Made by a program: the position numbers and the translations under genes | NCBI GenBank assembly: GCA_964549915.1 | Contig: CAZJWX010000004.1 | Location: 63,181-127,180 of the forward strand | Length of the DNA stretch: 64,000 nucleotides | Direction of reading: 5' to 3' | DNA from: an uncultured Anaerolineaceae bacterium | GTDB taxonomy: Bacteria > Chloroflexota > Anaerolineae > Aggregatilineales > Phototrophicaceae | Part shown: positions 17,298 through 29,004 of the stretch, piece by piece | Layout of the letters: the number at the start of each line of letters is the position of its first letter | Position numbering within the stretch: the first letter of the stretch is position 1 | The notes under the pieces: generated by a model | What the model was told of the DNA's origin: nothing | What the model saw: the letters and a program-made list of their open reading frames with translations, nothing else | Databases searched by the model: none

Positions 17298-18022
17298 GCA
17301 TCTTTCTCCACCAGCGTGATTCCGGCGTTTTCCAGCAGCACTTCGCCCTGCTGCTTGTAGATCGTCGTATCGGTCATGTCAATCGCGCGGAGGTCGAAGG
17401 ACGAAATATTCGCGCCGCGCAAATCCGCCCCTTTGACCTGCAAGTAGGTCACATCCGCTCCGGCAAAATCGCATTCGACCAGGTTGCACTCGCTCATGTT
17501 CGTATCGCGCAAAACCGCTTGCTCGAAGCTGGTCTTGTGCAGGTCACACTTCTTCAGGTCGGCGCTGCGCAAATCCACCATACGGAAATCACACGCCACG
17601 ATGCGGATCGCACCCTTGATCTCTGTGCGGTAGAAATTGGCTCCGGTGGCATTGGTCGTCTCGAATTTCGCGCGGAAGAGACGCGCCTTTTCCAGCCGCG
17701 CCAGCCGCAAATCGCACTCGCTGAAGGTGGTCAGGCGTAAATCAGCACTGGTGAAATCGCACTCGTTGTCCAGTTCATAGAATGTACAGCGCTCGAAATG
17801 GGCCTCGCTGAGGTGTGAGCGAGCGAAATTGCAACCAAAGAAGGCGCAGTCCACTGCATGCAAGCCCTCCAGCATCGCCGCCGAAAACTCCACCCCACGG
17901 AAGGTGCAACCGCGCAGGCTCAACCCTGCGGCGTCTTCATGACTGAGGTCGATCTCAGTGACTTTGATGTTGCGAAATGAGCGCTCTCCGGCGAGAAGCC
18001 GCGCCTGAAAATCACTGCTCAT
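17294..18022 (-). CDS. Pentapeptide repeat protein
   Basis: 242 aa from the ATG at 18022 (RBS GGAGGTGAAGG). Continuous A(D/N)LXX repeats, e.g. ADLRLTTFSECDLRLARLEKARLFRAKF. The track start at 18220 has no RBS support. Confidence 0.85.
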   Translation of the reverse strand: MSSDFQARLLAGERSFRNIKVTEIDLSHEDAAGLSLRGCTFRGVEFSAAMLEGLHAVDCAFFGCNFARSHLSEAHFERCTFYELDNECDFTSADLRLTTFSECDLRLARLEKARLFRAKFETTNATGANFYRTEIKGAIRIVACDFRMVDLRSADLKKCDLHKTSFEQAVLRDTNMSECNLVECDFAGADVTYLQVKGADLRGANISSFDLRAIDMTDTTIYKQQGEVLLENAGITLVEKDA

Positions 18023-18116
18023 GAAGCCTTCACCTCCCTGGTTCTTGCTGGTGCTATTCACAGATGGTGCTGTGGGTGTACAGTATGCAACGCACACACA
18101 GGAGTGAATAGACCAA

Positions 18117-19340
18117 ATGATCGCTCGCCTGACCAAACGAAAACGCGAGAGAGTGATGTATCCTGCCCAATTCTGGCTGCTCTTCTGGGGTGCCTTCATC
18201 AACCGAGGCAGCGTGAGCATGATGTGGCCATTCCTGACCGTCTACCTGCGCCAGCAGTTGGGCGTACCGCTGACGACTATCACGCTGCTGCTGACGCTGC
18301 GGGCGGTCTTCAGCGTCGCGTCTACGGCAGTGACCAGCACGCTCATGGATCGCATCGGACGGAAGTGGGTCATGGTGATCAGCGTGTACTTATCGTCGCT
18401 GGTCTTCCTGGGCATGGCCTTTGCCGATAGCCTGCTTGCATGGGCGGTGCTGCTGGCGGCGCACGGCTCTGTGCTGCCTATCTTCAACAACGGCGTCAGT
18501 ACGGTCGTGGCGGATATTGTGCCGCACGAGCACCGCGGCAGAGCCTACGCACTGATCCGCTCCGTGAGCAATGCCGGGATTGCCGTCGGCCCGCTGATTG
18601 GTGGCGCTGTGGCGCTGATTTCGTTCCAGGCGATTTTTCTGATGATCGCAGCGGTTTACATCCTGCTGGCCACGCTGGGCATTTTCTTGCTGCGCGAGAC
18701 GAAACCGGAGAACGTCGAACCGACGACCACCCAGAATCGCTTCGGCGGCTACGATGTCATTCTGCGTGATCGGCGTTTCCTGAGTTTCGTCTTCGGCTAT
18801 CTGCTGGCGCTGATGGGTGTCTCGCAGATGTTCTCGCTGCTGCCCGTCTATACAGCGGAGAACTTCGGGCTGCTGGAGACGGAGTACAGCCTGTTCCTGA
18901 GCGTGAACGCCGGGATGGTGGTGCTGCTGCAATACTTCGTCACGCGCTACACCGAACGCTTCCCGTCGCGCTATGTGATTGCTTTCGGAGCGGTTGTCTA
19001 CACGCTGGGTATCCTCAGCGTGATTCCGGCAAGCACGCTGCTGCACTTCACACTGGCGATGGCCATCTTCACCCTGGGCGAATTGATCTTTGAGCCGACA
19101 GCGCTCAAATTCGTCGCTGATCTGGCGCCGGATGATATGCGTGCACGCTACCTGGGTGTGCTGAGCCTGGGCTATCCGGTGGGTTCAGGACTCGGCCCAG
19201 TGCTAGGCGGCATCCTCAACGACAACATCGCTCCGGTTGCGATCTGGTATGGTGCGGGCGCACTGGCCTTCCTCAGCGTGATTATCTTCGCGGTACTGGC
19301 ACGACACGAACGGCGCAAACCCATGACGTTTGCCACATAG
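18117..19340 (+). CDS. MFS transporter
   Basis: 407 aa with about 12 predicted TM helices and the MFS motif MDRIGRKWV. The alternative start is 18156. Confidence 0.85.
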   Translation: MIARLTKRKRERVMYPAQFWLLFWGAFINRGSVSMMWPFLTVYLRQQLGVPLTTITLLLTLRAVFSVASTAVTSTLMDRIGRKWVMVISVYLSSLVFLGMAFADSLLAWAVLLAAHGSVLPIFNNGVSTVVADIVPHEHRGRAYALIRSVSNAGIAVGPLIGGAVALISFQAIFLMIAAVYILLATLGIFLLRETKPENVEPTTTQNRFGGYDVILRDRRFLSFVFGYLLALMGVSQMFSLLPVYTAENFGLLETEYSLFLSVNAGMVVLLQYFVTRYTERFPSRYVIAFGAVVYTLGILSVIPASTLLHFTLAMAIFTLGELIFEPTALKFVADLAPDDMRARYLGVLSLGYPVGSGLGPVLGGILNDNIAPVAIWYGAGALAFLSVIIFAVLARHERRKPMTFAT

Positions 19341-19364
19341 ACACATGCAGCCTGCTGCGCTACA

Positions 19365-19386
19365 ATACCCATACCCGTATAGGTAT
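19365..19386. promoter_or_regulatory. Palindromic candidate operator overlapping a TACAAT -10 box upstream of copZ
   Basis: TACAAT at 19361-19366, then ATACCC-ATACC-CGTATA-GGTAT. The TACC..GGTA style is reminiscent of CsoR operators. Confidence 0.35.
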
Positions 19387-19416
19387 CAAGCAAGCTGCAT
19401 GTAAGGGGATAACCGT

Positions 19417-19626
19417 ATGGAAACGAAAACCTTCAAAGTGCCGAACATCGGCTGCAACGGTTGCGTGAACGCGATCAAGGGTGAATTGGGCGACCTGGAC
19501 GGTGTGAAATCCGTCGATGGCGAAGTCGAAACCCAGATGGTCACCGTCGAATATGGCGATCCTGCAAGCTGGGAGAAGATCGTCGAGACGCTCAAGGAAA
19601 TTGACTACGCGCCAGAAGGTGCGTAA
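19417..19626 (+). CDS. copZ: Heavy-metal-associated (HMA) domain copper chaperone
   Basis: 69 aa with a CxxC metal-binding motif (NIGCNGCVNAIK) and a ferredoxin-like HMA pattern. Confidence 0.85.
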   Translation: METKTFKVPNIGCNGCVNAIKGELGDLDGVKSVDGEVETQMVTVEYGDPASWEKIVETLKEIDYAPEGA

Positions 19627-19634
19627 CCCACAGG

Positions 19635-19653
19635 GGGCAGGTTTGCCCTGCCC
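19635..19653. terminator. Hairpin between the convergent copZ and TPR genes
   Basis: GGGCAGG-TTTGC-CCTGCCC. The U-tract is weak. Confidence 0.35.
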
Positions 19654-19702
19654 TGCTTCCCGTCAATGCCTCACATTTCATTAGCAACTTTCGTGCTGAT
19701 CT

Positions 19703-21868
19703 CTATTCCTGCTGTTCTACATCTGCCTGCTGTAACCAGGGCGCTTGCAGGGGTTTCATCTGCATCAGGCGCTGCAACCGCTTCGACTCGTCCCAGGACG
19801 CCTGTGCTTGCACAGCAGCACTCTGCAACTGTTGCAGACGGCTGCGTGCCGCCAGCAGGTGCGCCAGCGAACGCCGCAAGAAGGCCCGTCGCAGCGGGGG
19901 TTCGGCTTCGTCCAGTAACGTCCGTGCGCGTTCGGTATCCCCATCATCGAGCGCCAGATGCGCCAGCCCGACCAGGCACTGACCGACGGCGGCGATTGCT
20001 CGCTGCTTCCTGGCACCTTCCAGCGCCTGTTGATAGGCGGCAGCAGCGTCTTGCGATCTTCCTGCCTGGGCATATGCATCCGCCAGATTCGCACGTACCA
20101 GCGCCTCCCACTGCGGCGCATCCAGGGCTTCCAGACTCTGCAATGCTGTCTGATAGCGCTCGATGGCATCCTCCAGATTACCCAGTACGGCATAGGCCAG
20201 CGCCAGATTGCCCCCATATACAGCGGATAACTGCTGGAGGCTCAATTCATCGCTCAGGTTCTGTGCTTGCATCAGCTCAGTGATGGCTTTGCGCGGTTCG
20301 TTGATCAAGGCCAGCAAGCGTCCATAATTGCCGCGCCGGGTCGTTTCGGCGACTCGATCACCTGTCTCATGGGCGATCTCAATGGCCTGTTGGAAGAAGT
20401 CCTGCGCACTGTCCATATCCCCATATTCGCTGTAAGCGGCAGCCACATTGCCGAGCACGATGCCGCGCGTTGGGGCATCGAACACATCATTGAGCGCAAC
20501 CAATGCCTGTTCATATTCCTTGAGTGCGCGGCGACCTTCGCCCTTCTGCGCGTAAAGAGCACCGATGTCCGTGCGCAGGCGTGCAACTTGATCTGGACGC
20601 TGCGCCGCGACGTACAGCGCCAGTGCCTCCTGCAAGTGCTGCAACGCCGCGCCGGGGTCGCGCTCACGAACAATAGCACCCAGACTGGCCTGAAGATGCG
20701 CTTTTTCGATGGGAAATGAGTCAGCGGCGGCGAGGGCTTCTCGCAGCAGTGCTTCCCCTCGCTCGCGTTTGCCTGCTTGAATTTCGGCCTGTGCCAGGGT
20801 GCGCATCGCACGAATCCAGGCTTCATTGGCAGACTCGCGGTGGGCATTCACGGCGGATTGCAGCAGCGCACGCCCCTCTTCGCTGGTCCCATCCTGGCGC
20901 AGAAATGCAGTACCCAGCGTAATCTCGGCTCGTGTCTGCAAGGCGCCGTCCTGGAGTTCGTTGGCAATCGCTGCCGCATCCGAGGCATAGGCGGCAGACT
21001 GCGAAAAATGTCCCTGTCGTAAGAGCACATCGCTCAATTGGCATAGCAACGCGCCGACTCTTGCAGTGCGTGGTCTCGGTGTCCCGGCGAGGCTCAGCGC
21101 TTCCTCGTAGTGCTTACGTGCATCTTCCAGCCTCGAACCAGCTTCGGCGTAGTCGCCGAGTTTGCGCTGGATGCGGAGCATCTGCGGGCGGTTCTGCATC
21201 AAGCGGGCGTATTCCAGGGCTTCGCGCAGTTTAGCCAGTCCTTCCTGCTCATTGCCCAGCGCGATATGCAAATCGCCAAGCTGCGCCACGAACTGGCTCA
21301 ACAGTTCCTTGTCGCCGCTGCGTTCCAGGCGTGGAATAGCGTCCTGCAATAAATGCATTGCGAAAGCTGCGTTATCATCCTGCACATAGACGGAGGCCAG
21401 CCGCGCCGTTGCCCGTCCCAGTGCGCCTTCCAGCATGTTGTTCTTCGCCAGCGCACGGGCTTCCTCGAACTTATTGCGCGCGGTCTCCCAATCATCCTGA
21501 TGCTGTGCCACGACCCCCAGGGACACCAGCGCGTAAGCCATCGGCGCGATGTACCGCTTCCCCGCGCACTCTTCGTAAAGTTCTTCGAGCATGAACTTCG
21601 CGGTCTCGTAGTCGCCCTGTGCAATCAGAATATCGCCGCGTACCAGCGTGATATCGACCTGGCGTTCGCTGTCATGGTTCTGTTTGGCGATCTCCATAGC
21701 GTCGGAGAGGAATTCCAGCGCTGTGTCATATTGTTCGGCATGTTGGGCGCGGTGGGCTTGTTCGATCAGTGCTGCCGCGCCGAGGTGCGTCCTCCGCACT
21801 GCCGGGTCGCCGCCACCCCGCAGCCGCTGAAACATCCGACGAAAAAACGTCATGAGAGCATCTTCCAC
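19703..21868 (-). CDS. Large tetratricopeptide (TPR) repeat protein
   Basis: 721 aa made up almost entirely of 34-40 aa Ala/Leu-rich TPR-like repeats (...ALEYARL..., ...AIEIAHETGD...). Confidence 0.8.
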   Translation of the reverse strand: MEDALMTFFRRMFQRLRGGGDPAVRRTHLGAAALIEQAHRAQHAEQYDTALEFLSDAMEIAKQNHDSERQVDITLVRGDILIAQGDYETAKFMLEELYEECAGKRYIAPMAYALVSLGVVAQHQDDWETARNKFEEARALAKNNMLEGALGRATARLASVYVQDDNAAFAMHLLQDAIPRLERSGDKELLSQFVAQLGDLHIALGNEQEGLAKLREALEYARLMQNRPQMLRIQRKLGDYAEAGSRLEDARKHYEEALSLAGTPRPRTARVGALLCQLSDVLLRQGHFSQSAAYASDAAAIANELQDGALQTRAEITLGTAFLRQDGTSEEGRALLQSAVNAHRESANEAWIRAMRTLAQAEIQAGKRERGEALLREALAAADSFPIEKAHLQASLGAIVRERDPGAALQHLQEALALYVAAQRPDQVARLRTDIGALYAQKGEGRRALKEYEQALVALNDVFDAPTRGIVLGNVAAAYSEYGDMDSAQDFFQQAIEIAHETGDRVAETTRRGNYGRLLALINEPRKAITELMQAQNLSDELSLQQLSAVYGGNLALAYAVLGNLEDAIERYQTALQSLEALDAPQWEALVRANLADAYAQAGRSQDAAAAYQQALEGARKQRAIAAVGQCLVGLAHLALDDGDTERARTLLDEAEPPLRRAFLRRSLAHLLAARSRLQQLQSAAVQAQASWDESKRLQRLMQMKPLQAPWLQQADVEQQE

Positions 21869-21970
21869 AATTCCAATACGGTATCTCGTTGGCTCTCATT
21901 ATAGCACTTGGGTCAGCCCGGCGTGGATGCACGAGCGTAGCGCACCAGTGTATATGCATGTAGATGCACA

Positions 21971-21996
21971 TGTATATACAATCGTATATACAATTG
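21971..21996. repeat. Tandem AT-rich palindromic repeats (GTATATACAAT x2) upstream of the TPR gene
   Basis: TGTATATACA is a perfect 10-bp palindrome at 21971-21980. GTATATACAAT recurs at 21972 and 21984. CAATTG lies at 21991-21996. Confidence 0.6.
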
Positions 21997-22029
21997 AAAA
22001 GAGCGCAGCCAACGAACTGACTGCGCCCG
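21994..22029 (-). terminator. Intrinsic terminator downstream of the glutamate dehydrogenase gene
   Basis: Minus strand reads GGGCGCAG-N12-CTGCGCTC followed by TTTTCAATT. Confidence 0.55.
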
Positions 22030-22051
22030 AAGAAGCGATTACCAACTGATC

Positions 22052-23332
22052 TTAGGGGTAAATACCGCGCAAGACAATCGTCTCTGCAACGCGGCTGATG
22101 GCGGTGACCTGCGCGGCGGTGCGCATATCCAGCGTTTTTTCCTCAGCGCAGGCGTAAGTGCGGTCGTAGGCATCTTTCAGGATGCGCTCGAGGCGCTCAA
22201 AGACCTCATCTCGGCTCCAGAAGAAGGCTTGCAAATCCTGCACCCATTCGAAGTACGAGACCAGCACACCGCCAGCATTCGCCAGAATGTCCGGGATCAC
22301 CATGATGCCGCGATCTTTGAGGATGTCATCCGCTTCCGGGGTCGTGGGGCCATTGGCACCTTCGATGACGATACGTGCCTGGATGTCACGCGCGTTGAAT
22401 TCCGTCAACTGTCCTTCCAGCGCCGCCGGGATCAGCACATCACAGGGCAGCGTGAGCAGCTCACTGTTGCTGACGGTATCAGCATCCGCGTAATCCACGA
22501 CGCTGCCATGCCGCTGCATCGCATCCTGAACGGCATCAATATCCAGCCCATGCGGGTTGTAGATGCCGCCATAGACATCACTGACACCGACAATCGTATA
22601 GCCCCGATAAGCAGCATACTGCGCCGCATTCGAACCGACATTGCCGAATCCCTGAATAACGACCTTCACATCCGCCGGATCAAAAGCGCCTTCTTTTTCC
22701 AGGGTGGCTTCCATACAGACGATCACACCACGCCCCGTCGCTTCCGTGCGCCCGACACTGCCGCCGAGGCCGATGGGTTTACCGGTGACGATGGCAGGCA
22801 CGGAGTAGCCAACTTGCATCGAATACGTATCCATGAACCAGGCCATCACCTGCTGGTTGGTGCCCATATCCGGGGCAGGAATATCAGTTTTTGGATCGAC
22901 AAGGGGGACAAGTTCGGAGGCATAGCGGCGGGTGAGACGTTCCAGTTCGCCCAGGCTCAGCGTGCGCGGATCAACGACGACACCGCCTTTCGCGCCACCA
23001 TAGGGGATGTTCACCAGGGCAGATTTCCAGGTCATCCACATGGCGAGGGCGCGTACCTCATCGAGCGTCACATGCTCGCTGAAGCGCAGGCCACCCTTCG
23101 TCGGGCCAAGCGCCGTATTGTGATGCACGCGGTATCCGGTGAACATCTCAATCGTGCCATCATCGCGGCGCACCGGGAAATTCACGGTGAATTCACGGCG
23201 GGGGTAGCGCATGTACTCGACAACGCCTTCGGGAACATCTACCAAGTGCGCCGCAGCGCGATCATATTGAGCAAGAGCCGTTTTGTAAGCATCTAGTTCA
23301 TTCATTTGTGACCCTGGCAGTGCGACAACCAT
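22052..23332 (-). CDS. gdhA: NAD(P)-dependent glutamate dehydrogenase (Glu/Leu/Phe/Val dehydrogenase family)
   Basis: GPTKGGLRF and IPYGGAKGGV (catalytic Lys), with Rossmann motif GFGNVGS. The ATG at 23332 follows AAGGAGAG. Confidence 0.9.
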   Translation of the reverse strand: MVVALPGSQMNELDAYKTALAQYDRAAAHLVDVPEGVVEYMRYPRREFTVNFPVRRDDGTIEMFTGYRVHHNTALGPTKGGLRFSEHVTLDEVRALAMWMTWKSALVNIPYGGAKGGVVVDPRTLSLGELERLTRRYASELVPLVDPKTDIPAPDMGTNQQVMAWFMDTYSMQVGYSVPAIVTGKPIGLGGSVGRTEATGRGVIVCMEATLEKEGAFDPADVKVVIQGFGNVGSNAAQYAAYRGYTIVGVSDVYGGIYNPHGLDIDAVQDAMQRHGSVVDYADADTVSNSELLTLPCDVLIPAALEGQLTEFNARDIQARIVIEGANGPTTPEADDILKDRGIMVIPDILANAGGVLVSYFEWVQDLQAFFWSRDEVFERLERILKDAYDRTYACAEEKTLDMRTAAQVTAISRVAETIVLRGIYP

Positions 23333-23412
23333 TGGGCATCTCTCCTTAACGGACGGTAATATTTTGAGGTTTTCCCTCAGTGTATGCGTTTTTTCGGATA
23401 TGTAAAGCGATC

Positions 23413-23429
23413 TGTGTACAATTCACACA
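23413..23429. promoter_or_regulatory. CRP/FNR-like palindrome upstream of gdhA
   Basis: TGTGT-ACAATTC-ACACA, about 80-95 nt upstream of the gdhA start in a low-GC intergenic region. Confidence 0.3.
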
Positions 23430-23764
23430 ATTGAACTGACACTACAGTTGTGCAGTATATCTGAAAGCCGCTTCAAACTCCGTAAAAGACGAACAAGAAA
23501 GATTTAGGATTTTCTTCACAAGGCGCTCGCGCTGAAGTCCAGCAGTTGAATCCGGCATTTGGGACGGGTCACAGGTGGTCGTAGGGGAGCCAGCGAGAAT
23601 CAAGAATGCCTTGAATGGCACAATGGAACTACAACGGTCGGTGCAATGCAGGTATGGGACAGTGAGGAAGCGCTACACGCCGGGACGTAGATCACAATTG
23701 CTCAATGACCTTTGCCGCTCAATATTGCTATATATTGAGAAAAATATGTGGGAGGGGACACAGC

Positions 23765-24100
23765 ATGGTCGAGCCGACGACAACTCAATTATTGATCACT
23801 CATTTACCGCTGGCACTGCCCTTCGTAGCCTTTGGATTCTTGCTCGGAATCCTGGGCAATGTATTGGAACAGACCATCCAATTCATCGACACAGTCGTAC
23901 AGGTCGTCTTGCTTGCGCTCGTTCTGGCGCTGATTGGCGGCCCATTGGGGGAATTTTTGCACATCCTGGCGCGGACGACCGAGCCTCATCAATTCGGCTA
24001 TTTCGTGATCATCCTGGTCTTCGCGCCAATGATGGTCGGCGACTACATCGGCGGATGGGTGATTTCCGGCAAGAAGGTCAGGAAGAAGCACCTTCCGTAG
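23765..24100 (+). CDS. Small hypothetical membrane protein (111 aa, about 3 TM)
   Basis: ATG preceded by GGGAGGGG, with hydrophobic helices. I recognise no family. Confidence 0.5.
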   Translation: MVEPTTTQLLITHLPLALPFVAFGFLLGILGNVLEQTIQFIDTVVQVVLLALVLALIGGPLGEFLHILARTTEPHQFGYFVIILVFAPMMVGDYIGGWVISGKKVRKKHLP

Positions 24101-24140
24101 AGGACGCTGCCAGCACCAACGCCCTCCCAGTATATGCTCG

Positions 24141-27056
<2,916 letters not shown>

Positions 27057-27339
27057 GATGATTGTGTCCTGTTGAATTAGATGACGGGCGAAGCGCACCC
27101 GTACAGGCGTTCTAATTATAGCGTCTGCCGGAGAAGATGCAACGGCGAGCATACACTCGCTGTGTAGGATCAAGATGAGAATCGAGCCAGCGTTTGCTGG
27201 CCACGCGTGAGCAGGCGAAGGCTTGACTCTCACGTCCCATGATGGCTTATCTTGCCCAACGACAGGCGACGGGACAATGGCAGATTGTGAGCCGATTCTG
27301 ACACAGCGCTCATCTGAACTTCATTGACGCAATTTACTT

Positions 27340-27368
27340 TTAGCACAATCATCCATTAGGTGTGCTAA
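27340..27368. promoter_or_regulatory. Perfect 8-bp inverted repeat; candidate MarR operator
   Basis: TTAGCACA-N13-TGTGCTAA, 17-45 nt upstream of the marR start and just downstream of a TTGACG -35-like hexamer. Confidence 0.45.
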
Positions 27369-27384
27369 TGATCGGTAAAGCCCA

Positions 27385-27861
27385 GTGACCCAAGAAGTCT
27401 CAGCGCGTGATGTCGCTCGCAAAGCCAAGCGCATATTCCCCATCATGGGGCGCTTGATGGAATCACGAATGCGTACACCCGCCATTCCTATTCCACCCGT
27501 GCACTTCCACGTGTTGAATCACCTGGAGACGCGGCCCTATGCGCTCAACGAACTGGCCGAGCAAATGTCAGTGAGTTCGGCTTCGCTTTCGCGGACGATC
27601 ACGGTGCTGGAAGACCGGGAATGGGTCACGCGCAACCGCTCGATGGAGGATCGCCGCGTAGTACAGATCGAGATCACGCCGCAGGGACATGCGGTACTGA
27701 CCGACATCGAGCGCCGTTCCGAAGACTTCCTGACAGAGACCTTGAGCAATCTCTCGCAGGAAGAGTTGGAAAAACTGATGGCTGGGCTGGACATACTGAT
27801 CGGAGCCTTCGCCAGGGGGATGAGCTACGTACCGTCGGATTCGGAACAGCCGTCAGAATGA
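27385..27861 (+). CDS. MarR family transcriptional regulator
   Basis: 158 aa with a wHTH pattern (LNELAEQMSVSSASLSRTITVLEDREWVTRNRSMEDRRVVQIEITPQG). Confidence 0.85.
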   Translation: MTQEVSARDVARKAKRIFPIMGRLMESRMRTPAIPIPPVHFHVLNHLETRPYALNELAEQMSVSSASLSRTITVLEDREWVTRNRSMEDRRVVQIEITPQGHAVLTDIERRSEDFLTETLSNLSQEELEKLMAGLDILIGAFARGMSYVPSDSEQPSE

Positions 27862-27991
27862 GGCAGGCTACCGTGTGAAGGCGGCTCGTTCGCGCATCAA
27901 AAAGTCTTTCGCAAAGTACAACTTATGGGTTCTTACAAGGCAGCTTTTTTGGGGCTGTACTCATTTCGTTTTGTCTGTTGAGGGGTAGAAC

Positions 27992-28972
27992 ATGTCAACC
28001 AGAGAGATCATTGCGGAAAACCTCGTGAAGCGCTACGGCGATTTCACCGCAGTCAACGGGGTCTCGTTTCATGTGCAGGCCGGGGAAGTTTTCGGCTTCC
28101 TGGGGCCGAACGGGGCGGGCAAGAGCACAACCGTCATCATGCTCACTACACTGGGGCTTCCCACCGAAGGGCACGGCAGCGTCGGCGGATTCGATGTCGT
28201 CAAACAGGCCGCACAGGTGCGCCGGGTAGCCGGGGTTGCCCTGCAGGAAATCGGCCTTGATCCGCTCATGCGCTCAATGGAATTGCTGACCATTCAGGGG
28301 CAGACCTTCGGCATGAGCCGCAAGCAGGCACGCGCCCGCGCCGATGAGCTGCTGCACATCGTCAAGCTGGAGAACTTCAAAGATCGCCCTGTGGGCAAGT
28401 ACAGCGGCGGTATGCGTCGTCGCCTTGATCTGGCGATGGCACTGGTGCACGAACCAGAAATCCTCTTCCTGGATGAACCGACCACCGGCCTCGACCCCGC
28501 CAGCCGCCGGGATGTGTGGGAAGAAGTGCGCCGCCTGAACCGTGAACTGGGCATGACGATATTCCTGACCACGCAATACTTGGAAGAAGCCGACGAACTG
28601 GCCGACCGCATCGCCATCATCGACCGGGGCGAAATTGCCGCTGAAGGCGAACCCGAAGAACTGAAAGCCCAGGTTGGTGGCGAGGCCATCAACCTCACAC
28701 TCAAGAACATGGAAGATGTCAAACGTGCCCGCAGCGAGTTGAGCGAGATGGCAGAGCGCGTTCAGGTGGATCGTACGATGCTGCGTCTCTACATGAAAAA
28801 ATCCGCCGCCGCCGTTCCCACCGTCGTCAATCGCTTGCAAGCGGCTGGCATCGAAATGGCCTCGCTGACCCTGACCCAGCCCACGCTGGATGATGTCTTC
28901 TTGCAGGTCACCGGGCAGCGCTACGACGCTGAAGGCGAAACACCCACTGAAGAAACCGCCGAAGTCGCGTAA
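27992..28972 (+). CDS. ABC transporter ATP-binding protein (DrrA-like exporter ATPase)
   Basis: GPNGAGKSTT, YSGGMRRRLDLAMAL, LFLDEPTTGLDP. Confidence 0.9.
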   Translation: MSTREIIAENLVKRYGDFTAVNGVSFHVQAGEVFGFLGPNGAGKSTTVIMLTTLGLPTEGHGSVGGFDVVKQAAQVRRVAGVALQEIGLDPLMRSMELLTIQGQTFGMSRKQARARADELLHIVKLENFKDRPVGKYSGGMRRRLDLAMALVHEPEILFLDEPTTGLDPASRRDVWEEVRRLNRELGMTIFLTTQYLEEADELADRIAIIDRGEIAAEGEPEELKAQVGGEAINLTLKNMEDVKRARSELSEMAERVQVDRTMLRLYMKKSAAAVPTVVNRLQAAGIEMASLTLTQPTLDDVFLQVTGQRYDAEGETPTEETAEVA

Positions 28973-29004
28973 AACATGTAGAAACCTGAGGAGAGAATAC
29001 CGTC

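Noticed and set aside
21949-21996. Chromosome dimer resolution (dif) site, because of the central TGTATA-like core.
   Set aside because: The flanking arms do not resemble the XerC/XerD binding arms (GGTGCGCATAA / TTATGTTAAAT type). The element is a tandem repeat rather than a single 28-bp site. It is kept only as a regulatory-repeat finding.
27057-27320. LexA/SOS box upstream of uvrA.
   Set aside because: I found no GAAC-N4-GTTC or CTGT-N8-ACAG type palindrome in the region.
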